DNA of 64,000 bases from Mariniphaga sp. (GCA_010906965.1 JAAFHB010000003.1:901-64900), one strand, 5' to 3'; positions 21,772 through 31,404 are shown, counted from the stretch's first letter. The notes: generated from the sequence alone by a model not told the origin. Numbers and translations are program-made.

Positions 21772-22344
21772 ATGAGTAAAGAGCCATTTTCGGAGGTGGT
21801 CTATTCGAAGAATGTAATCGAATTTGCCACAGTTGCCAATGAATACTGTTCTTTTATTGAAGCTGTTGATCAGTTTCAGCGAAAGGACTTTATTACAAGG
21901 GTACAAAAATTGTTTCCGCTGCTTTATCTGAAAGCAGTTTTGCTTCCTGAACCTGACATTGAGATGTCGGATGATGTTCCAGAGAAGTTTGTAGGTGAGG
22001 AAGATTACAATTTTATCTTGCATAAACTCGAAGTGAAATTCGGACAGTTTGATGCTTATCATGAGGTTTTCGATCCTTCGATGCAATACAGTGAAGTGGC
22101 AATCGAAGCAAGTATTTCGGAGAATATCGCTGATGTTTACCAGGATCTGAAAGATTTTATTTTGTCCTACCGGATCGGCACACTCGAAGTGATGAATGAT
22201 GCACTTTGGGAATGCCGCACAAATTTTGAACAGTATTGGGGTCAACGATTGGTCAATGGTTTACGGGCCGTTCACAGTCTGGTATATGGAACTTCAGATC
22301 TTGAAGAAACAGAAAAAGAGTCGGATAAAACTGACATTAATTAG
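21772..22344 (+). CDS. Hypothetical acidic protein, DUF5063-like
   Basis: 190-aa helical acidic ORF lying between the RecQ and exonuclease genes. The family name is from memory and unverified. Confidence 0.5.
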   Translation: MSKEPFSEVVYSKNVIEFATVANEYCSFIEAVDQFQRKDFITRVQKLFPLLYLKAVLLPEPDIEMSDDVPEKFVGEEDYNFILHKLEVKFGQFDAYHEVFDPSMQYSEVAIEASISENIADVYQDLKDFILSYRIGTLEVMNDALWECRTNFEQYWGQRLVNGLRAVHSLVYGTSDLEETEKESDKTDIN

Positions 22345-22403
22345 TGGTAATTCACGCCGTTTAAAATTAGATAGAATTAAATTATGAGTCAGGAGTTTAA
22401 ACA

Positions 22404-23027
22404 ATGAAGAAATGTATTTCCAACGACGAGTTAGCTGAATTACCGCTTTCTTCATTCGAGGGTATTATTCATGTTATCGAATACCCGGAAGATGTTGATT
22501 TGGCTTGCGAATATCTTAGTCGTCAAACTATTATTGGATTTGATACCGAAACTCGTCCTGCATTTAAAAAAGGCCAGGTCTATCCGGTTTCCTTACTTCA
22601 ACTTTCAACATCCGAACAGGCTTTTCTTTTCAGAATCAATAAAATAGGTTTGCCAATTGGTCTTATTAAAATTCTGGCATCTCCTAAAATTTTGAAAATG
22701 GGGGTGGCAATTCGTGATGACATTAAAATATTACAACGAATCGTTCCTTTTAAACCCGGAGGATTCATTGAATTACAGGATCTAGTCAAAAATTACGGAA
22801 TCGAGAATTTTAGCCTTAAAAAATTATCTGCAATCATTTTAGGTTTCAGAATTTCGAAATCAGCCCGGCTTTCAAATTGGGATGCACCCGAATTAACGGA
22901 GCAACAATTGATTTATGGCGCTACCGATGCGTGGGTTTCGTGCGAAATATATAAGAAATTATTGGTAACACCCATTGAGCCGGTGTTATTTGTACCCGAA
23001 ATAGCAGAAAGCACTCCAAAGGATTAA
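22404..23027 (+). CDS. 3'-5' exonuclease, DEDDy (RNase D / WRN-exo type) domain protein
   Basis: 207 aa with ExoI IGFDTET, ExoII MGVAIRDDIKIL and ExoIII YGATDAW. Confidence 0.85.
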   Translation: MKKCISNDELAELPLSSFEGIIHVIEYPEDVDLACEYLSRQTIIGFDTETRPAFKKGQVYPVSLLQLSTSEQAFLFRINKIGLPIGLIKILASPKILKMGVAIRDDIKILQRIVPFKPGGFIELQDLVKNYGIENFSLKKLSAIILGFRISKSARLSNWDAPELTEQQLIYGATDAWVSCEIYKKLLVTPIEPVLFVPEIAESTPKD

Positions 23028-23063
23028 TTCATCCGCAGTGTTCTGCAAGAATTTTAATTTAGT

Positions 23064-24251
23064 ATGTCGAATTTCAGTAAGGTTATTTTAAAAAAGGGGA
23101 AGGAAGAATCTATTCTCCGGTTTCATCCCTGGGTTTTTTCAGGAGCGATCGATCGCATTGACGGAAGTGTTGAAGAGGGAGATATCGTTACGGTTCACGC
23201 CAGTGATGACCGTTTTTTAGGAATTGGCCATAGTTCAATTGGTTCTATTGCAGTGAGAATCTTCTCGTTTAAGGATGTGGTTCCAGACCTGACTTTTTGG
23301 TGCGATAAAATGCAATCAGCTTTTAACCTGCGTCAAAGAATCGGGTTGACTACGCGTAAAGAAACCAATGTTTTCAGACTGGTACATGGCGAAGGCGACG
23401 GAATGCCAGGATTGATTGTTGATTTTTACAATGGAACGGCGGTTTTCCAGGCTCACACGGTGGGAATGTGGTTAATGCGTAATTTGTTAGCAGAAGCAAT
23501 GAAGATGGTGCTTGGTGACTTACTTACCGCGGTTTATGATAAAAGTGCCAAAACACTTCCTTTTAAAGCATCCATTGATTCAGTTGACGGATATTTATTG
23601 GGTGAACTGACCAATCGCGAGGTCATGGAAGATGGCAACCGTTTTATTGTTGATTGGGAAGAAGGCCAGAAGACCGGTTTTTTTGTTGATCAGCGTGAGA
23701 ACAGAAAATTGTTAAGCGAATATTCCTTTGGAAAAGATGTTCTGAATATGTTTTGTTATACAGGCGGTTTTTCTTTCTCCGCAATGCAGGGTGGTGCTCA
23801 ACTGGTTCATTCTGTCGATTCTTCAGCCAAAGCGATTGAACTCACCAACCAGAATGTTGAACTCAATTTTCCAGGCGATACCCGGCATGAAGCTTTTGCA
23901 GCCGATGCTTTTGATTTCATGAAGGATATCAACAATAAGTACGATTTGATTGTCCTTGATCCACCTGCTTTTGCGAAACATCGAAGCGCGCTGAATCAGG
24001 CACTTCAGGGATATAAAAAATTAAATGCACGGGCAATTCAGCAGATTCGGCCCGGCGGTGTTTTGTTTACCTTCTCCTGTTCGCAGGTGGTGACCAGAAC
24101 TAATTTCCGCGAAGCTGTGTTTTCGGCTGCCGCTATTTCGAAGCGAAATGTGCGCATTTTGCATCAGTTATCGCAGCCTGGAGATCATCCGATTAGTATA
24201 TATCATCCCGAGGGTGAATATCTGAAAGGATTGGTCTTATACATTGAATAA
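23064..24251 (+). CDS. Class I SAM-dependent rRNA (cytosine-C5) methyltransferase, RlmI-like
   Basis: 395 aa with a PUA-like N-terminus (ILKKGKEESILRFHPWVFSGAI), an FFVDQRENR motif and a catalytic LDPPAFAK motif. Confidence 0.85.
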   Translation: MSNFSKVILKKGKEESILRFHPWVFSGAIDRIDGSVEEGDIVTVHASDDRFLGIGHSSIGSIAVRIFSFKDVVPDLTFWCDKMQSAFNLRQRIGLTTRKETNVFRLVHGEGDGMPGLIVDFYNGTAVFQAHTVGMWLMRNLLAEAMKMVLGDLLTAVYDKSAKTLPFKASIDSVDGYLLGELTNREVMEDGNRFIVDWEEGQKTGFFVDQRENRKLLSEYSFGKDVLNMFCYTGGFSFSAMQGGAQLVHSVDSSAKAIELTNQNVELNFPGDTRHEAFAADAFDFMKDINNKYDLIVLDPPAFAKHRSALNQALQGYKKLNARAIQQIRPGGVLFTFSCSQVVTRTNFREAVFSAAAISKRNVRILHQLSQPGDHPISIYHPEGEYLKGLVLYIE

Positions 24252-24281
24252 AAAGTGATTACAATTTAAAGAGATAAAAAC

Positions 24282-25565
24282 TTGAAATTTAAAGAGTTTG
24301 ATTTTGTTCCCGAAATCATGGAAGGTCTTGAATCCATGGGTTTTGAGGAATGTACCCCCGTTCAGGAATTGGCAATGCCGGTGATCTGGAAAGGAAACGA
24401 CCTGATTGCATGTGCACAGACGGGTACTGGAAAAACAGCCGCTTACTTGTTGCCTGTTTTGAACCGTATTACAAGGACAAAAAGTCAAGGTATTAATACA
24501 TTGATCATTGCTCCAACACGCGAATTGGTCTTACAGATCGACCAGCAAATCGAGGGGTTCTCCTATTTCTGCGGGGCGACTTCGCTGGCAGTTTATGGTG
24601 GGGGAGAAGGTGCCGCTTTTGATCAGCAAAAAGCTGCCTTGATTCAGGGTGCCGATATTATTGTGGCAACGCCGGGTCGGTTATTGTCGCATATCAACCT
24701 TAAATATTCTGATTTTAGCACCATTAAGCATCTGATTCTTGATGAAGCTGACCGTATGTTGGATATGGGCTTTTTCGATGATATCATGCGTATTGTTCGC
24801 GAACTTCCTGCTGCAAGGCAGACATTGATGTTTTCGGCTACAATGCCTTCAAAGATCAGAAAATTAGCTGAAGGTATTTTGAATAAGCCTGAAAGTGTGA
24901 GTATTGCTATTTCGAAGCCGGCTGAAAATATTATACAGGCAGCCTATATGGTCTATGAAAATCAGAAAGTCGCACTTGTAAAATCTTTGCTCAAAGGGAA
25001 GACCGACTACAAGAGTGTACTGATTTTCACTTCACGAAAGATCAATGTAAATGGTCTTGTTCGCGAATTGCGGAGGATGGGCTTTTCAGCTGACGGAATG
25101 CTTTCGGATCTTGAACAGAAGGAACGCGAAGAAGTGATGCTTCGGTTTAAGAATCGTGAAACACAGATCCTTGTGGCTACCGATATCGTTGCCCGCGGAA
25201 TTGATATTGACGGAATTGATCTTGTGATGAACTACGATGTTCCACGCGATCCGGAAGATTATGTGCATCGTATCGGACGTACTGCCCGTGCCCAGAGTTC
25301 GGGAGTTGCCATTACATTGATCTCTGATGTTGACCAGCATAACTTCAAGAAAATTGAGGAACTCATTGAAAGGGATATCATTAAAATTCCACTTCCACCT
25401 GACTTTGCCGAGGGTCCGCTTTACAATCCTGTAGCCGGAAGGCAATTTGGCCGCCGACCCTTTGGTAATAAACCCAATAATAACCCGCGATCTGGTTCTA
25501 TCACTAAGAAAAAGGACTTTCGTCACCGCGACCGTGGTACCCATCAGGGACATCAGGCTGAATAG
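24282..25565 (+). CDS. DEAD-box ATP-dependent RNA helicase
   Basis: 427 aa with a TTG start per the ORF track. It carries a Q-motif, AQTGTGKT, DEAD, SAT and HRIGRTAR, plus a basic C-terminal tail. Confidence 0.95.
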   Translation: MKFKEFDFVPEIMEGLESMGFEECTPVQELAMPVIWKGNDLIACAQTGTGKTAAYLLPVLNRITRTKSQGINTLIIAPTRELVLQIDQQIEGFSYFCGATSLAVYGGGEGAAFDQQKAALIQGADIIVATPGRLLSHINLKYSDFSTIKHLILDEADRMLDMGFFDDIMRIVRELPAARQTLMFSATMPSKIRKLAEGILNKPESVSIAISKPAENIIQAAYMVYENQKVALVKSLLKGKTDYKSVLIFTSRKINVNGLVRELRRMGFSADGMLSDLEQKEREEVMLRFKNRETQILVATDIVARGIDIDGIDLVMNYDVPRDPEDYVHRIGRTARAQSSGVAITLISDVDQHNFKKIEELIERDIIKIPLPPDFAEGPLYNPVAGRQFGRRPFGNKPNNNPRSGSITKKKDFRHRDRGTHQGHQAE

Positions 25566-25954
25566 TCAATCGGCAATTTAATAGCAATAAAAGCACCTTG
25601 TCACTCTTTTTTTAGTTCCTGTTTGATCAGGGCTTCAATAGCGCCAAGCTGATTTAGCGGTACAGAATTCAGCAGCTGGCTTAGCTGGCCGATGCTACCC
25701 GTTCTTCGGAGCGAAACAATTCAATGTCGTATTTTCCTCCAATGTTTTGTAAGAAATATCCTGTTGTTCTTTGTAAACATGAAAGACATAATGGGCAATT
25801 TAAGACTAGAACCTTAGGCTCGGGACATATTTTGAGGCTTCCGCACGTGCGGGATCAGTCTGGTCAATAAAGCCGACTTATCCATCCTCACGAGAGCCAT
25901 GGGATCGAGGCATATAATATGCACAGCATTATTGCTATATTATCCATATGTTTC

Positions 25955-26041
25955 GTACCTACGGTACTCCGGTTTTTTGATTTCGTCTTTTTTTGGCCGG
26001 ATTAAAATCCGGCGTTACAAAATGATCCGTTCCTACGGAAC
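25955..26041. repeat. Cluster of REP-like short stem-loops (5-bp stem, TAC triloop; one 8-bp stem)
   Basis: The hairpins are GTACC-TAC-GGTAC (25955-25967), GCCGGATT-AA-AATCCGGC (25996-26013) and GTTCC-TAC-GGAAC (26029-26041). The last is preceded by TTACAAAATGAT. The same composite motif occurs at 51520-51545. Confidence 0.6.
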
Positions 26042-26099
26042 TAAACATCATTAAAATAAATACATTAAATTGTCCCCGTTACTTAACTGCTTTCAGTTG

Positions 26100-26641
26100 A
26101 TGAGATATTTGTGTCTTACTTTCTTTTTGTTTGCAGTGATCATCCGGCTCCACTACCCTATCCGAGGGTTTATTAAGCTTCGCTGATGATCGAAGCCGGG
26201 AAAACGGTTATTTACGTCGATCCTGTTTCACGTGAAGCCGATTATTCCGTCCTTCCCAAAGGAGATCTGGTGCTGATTACGCATGAACATGGTGATCATC
26301 TTGATAAAAAAGCACTGGCCATGTTTACTAAACCACAAACGAATACAATTGTAAGTAAAAGTTACAACGGGAAGGTTGACAACGCAATTGTGCTAAATAA
26401 CGGCGAAACACATTCTTTTGAAGACATCTCAATTAAAGCTGTACCTGCGTATAATATTGTCAACCAGCGCGAGGGAAATCCTTATCACCCGAAAGGAAAC
26501 GGAAACGGTTATGTGATCACTTATTGCGGAAAGAAAATCTACGTTAGCGGCGATTCGGAAAATATACCCGAAATGGCTGATCTGAAGGACATCGATACAA
26601 TGGATCAAATAACATTCTTTTCACATCGGGGATTGACCTGA
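26100..26641 (+). pseudogene. MBL-fold metallo-hydrolase, apparently disrupted (broken N-terminus, truncated C-terminus)
   Basis: ORF 26186-26641 encodes the core GKTVIYVDP...LVLITHEHGDHLD...AVPAYN...HPKGNGNGYVI...VSGDSENIPEM. A signal-peptide-like start (MRYLCLTFFLFAVI, ATG 26100) sits in another frame, and an in-frame TAA precedes ASLMIEAGK. The last ~15 codons do not resemble the family, and GH127 starts 80 nt later. Confidence 0.5.
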
Positions 26642-26722
26642 AAAGATGAAAGTATTTACTACTTTTATTGCAAAATAACCTTGCTTTTAAGGTGTCAATG
26701 CTCAAAACTAATTAGTGACTAT

Positions 26723-28657
26723 ATGAACTCAACGCGGAAATTATTCATTTCGTTTTTGCTTTGCTCTGGTTTTTTTCTGATCAGCTCCTATTCGAATGGT
26801 CAGGTTAATCCATCGAAGGATTATCCTATTCAGCCTGTTAGCTTTACGGATGTAAAAGTTACAGATCATTTCTGGGCGCCACGCATTGAACTGAATCAAA
26901 AAGTGACGATTCCTATCGCCTTGGATCAGTGTTACAAAACAGGAAGGGTCGAGAATTTTAAGATTGCCGCCAAACTTACCAAGGGGAAGTTTCAGTCGGA
27001 GTTTCCATTCGATGATTCTGATATTTATAAAATTATTGAGGGTGCGAGTTATTCACTTCAGACAAACCCTGATGCGCAACTGGCGAAAAGGATCGATTCG
27101 CTGATTTATTACATTGGGAAAGCGCAGGAACCTGATGGCTATCTATATACCAACCGGACAATTGATTCACTTCATATGCACCCCTGGGTTGGAAAGAAAC
27201 GGTGGGAAAAAGATCCTGAACTAAGTCATGAGTTATATAACCTTGGTCATCTGTACGAAGCGGCCTATGCTCACTTTCTGGCAACCGGTAAGCGAACGTT
27301 GCTTGATGTGGCTATAAAAAGCGCTAACCTTGTGGATCACGATTTTGGACCAGGTAAATTGGCCTATTATCCCGGACATCAGGTGATTGAAATGGGATTA
27401 TCGAAACTTTACCGGATAACCGGCGATGAAAAGTATTTGAAACTCGCGAAGTTCTTTCTCGATTGCCGTAAAGGGGGAAATGAATACAACCAGGCGCATA
27501 TACCCGTTATTGAGCAGGATAAAATTGTCGGTCACGCTGTTAGGGCAACCTACATGTATGCTGGAATGGCAGACGTTTCAGCACTCACGGGTGACAATTC
27601 TTATAAAATTGCGATCGATAAAATCTGGAACGACCTTGTAAGTACAAAATACTATATCACCGGAGGAATTGGCTCGGGAGGAAGTAATGAAGGTTTCAGT
27701 GATCCCTATTTCTTACCCAATATGTCTGCATATTGCGAAACCTGTGCCTCTATCAGCAATGTGATGTGGAATCAACGAATGTTCTTGCTTGAAGGCGATT
27801 CTAAATTTTATGATGTCCTTGAGCGTACACTTTATAATGGGCTACTATCTGGTATTTCTTTGAGTGCCGACCGGTTTTTCTATCCGAATCCGCTTGAATC
27901 GCGGGGACAGCATTCGCGCAGTGCATGGTTTGGCTGTGCCTGTTGTCCAAGTAATATCTGCCGGTTTATCCCCTCCGTTCCGGGATATGTTTATGCACAT
28001 AAGGGTAACGATTTATATGTCAATCTCTTTATGAATAATTCTGCAACAGTTGAGCTGAATGGCGGGCGTATAAATATTGAGCAGACGACTGATTATCCAT
28101 GGAATGGGAAAATCGCAATAAGCGTAGAACCTGCGAAACAGCAATTATTTAATATGATGATCCGAATCCCCGGATGGGCAAATAACCAGGCCGTACCTTC
28201 TGATTTGTATCGCTTTAAATCAACTGACAACTCCACTGTTCTTATCAAAGTTAACGGGAAGGATTTCAAGTATGATGTTAAGAATGGTTACGCGGTGATC
28301 TCGAGGGAGTGGAAAAAAGGTGATCAGTTAGAGATCGATTTACCCATGCCGGTCAGGGAAATTAAAGCAAATGAGGCGGTTCAGGAAGATAAGGGCAAAG
28401 TCGCCTTACAACGTGGGCCTTTGGTTTATTGCGCTGAATGGCCGGATAACAAAGACGGACATGTCTTGAATCTTTCGCTAAACAATAAAAACACTTATTC
28501 AACCGAATTTCTTCCTGGTCTTTTAAATGGCGTGACAATCATCAAAACAACCGTCAATGAATCGAAACAACTATTTATCGCGATTCCATATTACGCATGG
28601 GCAAATCGTGGAGCGGGTGAAATGATGGTATGGATTCCTCAGTATGCGCCTAAATGA
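26723..28657 (+). CDS. GH127 beta-L-arabinofuranosidase (DUF1680/HypBA1-like)
   Basis: The ORF track gives 26681; ATG 26723 provides the signal peptide MNSTRKLFISFLLCSGFFLISS. Cys/Glu metal-site motifs are AYCETCAS and WFGCACCPSN. Confidence 0.9.
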   Translation: MNSTRKLFISFLLCSGFFLISSYSNGQVNPSKDYPIQPVSFTDVKVTDHFWAPRIELNQKVTIPIALDQCYKTGRVENFKIAAKLTKGKFQSEFPFDDSDIYKIIEGASYSLQTNPDAQLAKRIDSLIYYIGKAQEPDGYLYTNRTIDSLHMHPWVGKKRWEKDPELSHELYNLGHLYEAAYAHFLATGKRTLLDVAIKSANLVDHDFGPGKLAYYPGHQVIEMGLSKLYRITGDEKYLKLAKFFLDCRKGGNEYNQAHIPVIEQDKIVGHAVRATYMYAGMADVSALTGDNSYKIAIDKIWNDLVSTKYYITGGIGSGGSNEGFSDPYFLPNMSAYCETCASISNVMWNQRMFLLEGDSKFYDVLERTLYNGLLSGISLSADRFFYPNPLESRGQHSRSAWFGCACCPSNICRFIPSVPGYVYAHKGNDLYVNLFMNNSATVELNGGRINIEQTTDYPWNGKIAISVEPAKQQLFNMMIRIPGWANNQAVPSDLYRFKSTDNSTVLIKVNGKDFKYDVKNGYAVISREWKKGDQLEIDLPMPVREIKANEAVQEDKGKVALQRGPLVYCAEWPDNKDGHVLNLSLNNKNTYSTEFLPGLLNGVTIIKTTVNESKQLFIAIPYYAWANRGAGEMMVWIPQYAPK

Positions 28658-28818
28658 TGATGTTGATTTATAGACATATGGCGTACGTCTAAACGAATCT
28701 ATCAAAAATTGAACACGTAATCTATTGCAGATATGAGGGGTGAAGGAGTAAATGAATTGAAAAACGTTATAAACTAATCAGCTATGTTTCAAAAAGGTCT
28801 ATTTAATTTGATGATGCT

Positions 28819-30762
28819 ATGCCTGTTATTGTTAGTAACATACAGGCACAGAAGGTCAGCGAAATTACAGTCAGAGTCAATCAGCGCATTAATACTGTTC
28901 CCGCTTCGATGTGGGGAATCTTCTTCGAGGACATCAACTTTGCTGCCGATGGAGGAATTTATGCCGAACTGGTGAAGAACCGTTCCTTTAGTTTTAATGA
29001 TCCGTTGATGGGATGGAAATGGATCAGCAAGGATGAAGGCAAAGGCGACGGTCGGCTCTATAATTCCGGCGATCTGTTGCGACCCGATAAAAGGTATGTC
29101 AGGATACAATCTACCAGCGATAACGGTTCCTACGGACTTTCAAATGAAGGTTTCCGTGGTATGGGTGTAAAAAAGGATGCCGGGTATCGTCTTTCAGTTA
29201 CCGCCCGTAATGTTGATTCAGATATTGCTGCCAATCTTGTTGTTGAATTGGTTGATTCAACAGGGAAAGTGTTGGCTGAAAATCAACTGTCCGGTCTCAC
29301 AAAAGATTGGGAAAAATATGAAGTCATTCTCAAACCTGTAAAAACGGAAGCCAAGGCTCAACTGAATGTGTTTGTAAAGGGAAAAGGTTTGGTGGAAATC
29401 GAAACCGTTTCGCTGTTTCCGGTTGATACCTGGAAAGGGCGGAAAAATGGTCTCCGAAGTGATCTGGTTCAATTATTGGCGGATATGAAACCCGGATTTG
29501 TCCGTTTTCCGGGTGGATGTATTGTCGAAGGACGTGAATTGGCGACACGCTATCAATGGAAAAAGACTGTGGGCGATCCCGCAGAACGCGAGTTGATTGT
29601 GAATCGGTGGAATACGGAGTTCAAACATCGTTCGACACCTGATTATTTTCAATCATTTGGCCTCGGCTTTTATGAGTATTTCTTGCTGGCGGAAGATATC
29701 GGTGCCGAGCCGTTACCCATTCTTAACTGTGGAATGGCTTGCCAGTACAACACAAGTGAATTGGTGGATATGAAAGATCTTGATCCCTATATCCAGGATG
29801 CGCTCGACCTGATTGAATTTGCCAATGGTGCAGTTACGACGCAATGGGGAAAACTTAGGGCCTCGATGGGTCATTCAGAACCTTTTAATCTTAAGATGAT
29901 GGGTGTTGGAAATGAGCAATGGGGACCTCAGTATATTGAGCGTTTCAAAAAATTTAACAGTGCGTTAAAAGAAAAACATCCTGAAATAAAATTAATTACA
30001 AGTGCAGGTCCTGGTCCGGATGGAGATCGGTTTACCTATCTTTGGGATGAGCTCGTAAAACTGAATGCTGATATTGTCGATGAACATTACTATCAGTCAC
30101 CTACATGGTTTTTGAAGAATGCCAGTCGTTACGACGCTTATCCACGGAAAGGGCCAAAAGTATTTGCCGGAGAGTATGCGGCCCATTCGAAGGGTCAAGC
30201 CGATCCGACTTCCCGGAATAACTGGGAAAGTGCGCTTGCAGAAGCTGCCTTTATGACCGGACTTGAACGGAATTGCGACGTGGTACAAATGTGTTCGTAT
30301 GCTCCGTTGCTGGCCCATAAGGATGCCTGGCAATGGAACCCCGATCTCATCTGGTTCGACAACCTCAAAGCGGTACCAACGCCCAACTATTTTGTTCAGA
30401 AATTATTTGCAGCGAACAAGGGAAGTTATACGGTTTCAGTTTTGAAAGATAAGGAAGTAATTGCAGGGAAGGATAGTGTTTATGCTTCGGCTACTATCGA
30501 TGAAACATCCAAGGAGCTGATCTTGAAATTGGTTAATATTTCCCAAAAGTCTGTTCCACTGAAATTCTCTTTTACCGGTGGATCCGTTAAAAGTCAGAAT
30601 GCCAATATGGAGGTACTGAAGAATAAAGATTTGAGTGCCTGGAATAGTTTTTCAACCCCTTTAAATATAGGAATCGAGTCGATGAAAGTGAAAGTTTCGG
30701 GTCGGTCGTTAATGCTTAGTCTTGACGGAAACTCAGTGAATGTATTGAGAATTAAGCTGTAA
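28819..30762 (+). CDS. GH51-type alpha-L-arabinofuranosidase with N-terminal CBM-like domain; signal peptide appears split by a frameshift
   Basis: 647 aa with PASMWGIFFEDINFAADGG, an acid/base-type GVGNEQWG motif and AGEYAAH. The upstream ORF at 28784 in another frame encodes the missing signal peptide h-region. Confidence 0.85.
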   Translation: MPVIVSNIQAQKVSEITVRVNQRINTVPASMWGIFFEDINFAADGGIYAELVKNRSFSFNDPLMGWKWISKDEGKGDGRLYNSGDLLRPDKRYVRIQSTSDNGSYGLSNEGFRGMGVKKDAGYRLSVTARNVDSDIAANLVVELVDSTGKVLAENQLSGLTKDWEKYEVILKPVKTEAKAQLNVFVKGKGLVEIETVSLFPVDTWKGRKNGLRSDLVQLLADMKPGFVRFPGGCIVEGRELATRYQWKKTVGDPAERELIVNRWNTEFKHRSTPDYFQSFGLGFYEYFLLAEDIGAEPLPILNCGMACQYNTSELVDMKDLDPYIQDALDLIEFANGAVTTQWGKLRASMGHSEPFNLKMMGVGNEQWGPQYIERFKKFNSALKEKHPEIKLITSAGPGPDGDRFTYLWDELVKLNADIVDEHYYQSPTWFLKNASRYDAYPRKGPKVFAGEYAAHSKGQADPTSRNNWESALAEAAFMTGLERNCDVVQMCSYAPLLAHKDAWQWNPDLIWFDNLKAVPTPNYFVQKLFAANKGSYTVSVLKDKEVIAGKDSVYASATIDETSKELILKLVNISQKSVPLKFSFTGGSVKSQNANMEVLKNKDLSAWNSFSTPLNIGIESMKVKVSGRSLMLSLDGNSVNVLRIKL

Positions 30763-30770
30763 TTGTAAGA

Positions 30771-30801
30771 GACCTTCAAGGTTCTCGAAACCTTGAAGGT
30801 C
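30771..30801. terminator. 13-bp-stem hairpin between convergent GH51 and GyrI-like genes (putative bidirectional terminator)
   Basis: GACCTTCAAGGTT-ctcga-AACCTTGAAGGTC has perfect arms. No T-run is present on either side. Confidence 0.55.
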
Positions 30802-30824
30802 TTAACTATCTGTAATGAAGTTTT

Positions 30825-31292
30825 TTATTCCGTTGCAATGAAGATTTCGACTTCCGAGTTGTCAGGATCCTGCGATTTCTTTCCATAGACTTCAAAGTCA
30901 GCCGTGTATTTTCGGTTTAACTCTTTGTCCTTGACCCATATTTCCTGCCATGTATTGAAAACGGATAATGGCCGTGTCCCTTTGGCTTTAATTTCGAGAT
31001 AATTACCACCATCGAATGCTCTTCCTTCCAGCCCTTCCGGAAGATTGTCGATCGAACTTACACGATATCCGAGAATAGTGGTATAGTCAGCCGTATAGTC
31101 CGATTTGTAGTCGGTATAAACCGAATAAATATCATCGTTGATTTTATTTGGGATCATAGACGAAATATTTTCGGAGTAGAACCGCTGCCACAATTCCATG
31201 ATGTCTTTTGCTGATTTTCCGTTTTGGTTGGTGGTTTGTACCGCAATGCCTACAATTTTAAAACTTTCTAAGTTAACTTTTTGGCTCTTCAT
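30825..31292 (-). CDS. GyrI-like small-molecule (effector) binding domain protein
   Basis: 155 aa. FKIVGIAVQTTNQNGKSAKDIMELWQRFYSE and the C-terminal ADFEVY are typical of stand-alone GyrI-like/Cass2-type proteins. Confidence 0.7.
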   Translation of the reverse strand: MKSQKVNLESFKIVGIAVQTTNQNGKSAKDIMELWQRFYSENISSMIPNKINDDIYSVYTDYKSDYTADYTTILGYRVSSIDNLPEGLEGRAFDGGNYLEIKAKGTRPLSVFNTWQEIWVKDKELNRKYTADFEVYGKKSQDPDNSEVEIFIATE

Positions 31293-31404
31293 ATTTATAT
31301 CATTTTTTTCAAAAATACGAAAGATTACTACATCGCAGCGAAAATCACCTGGTTTTATCTATGGAAAGTCTGGTTTTAAATAATGGCCGGTTTCCGTCCT
31401 GTAA

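Noticed and set aside
26681-26722. Upstream alternative starts proposed by the ORF track (also 2547, 6791, 19720, 46630, 55996, 62431)
   Set aside because: In each case a downstream ATG yields a canonical signal peptide or the conserved family N-terminus. The upstream extensions look non-native.
28784-28975. 63-aa ORF as an independent small gene
   Set aside because: Only its first ~18 codons look meaningful (a signal-peptide h-region), and the rest overlaps GH51 out of frame. It is better explained as the frameshifted N-terminus of GH51.
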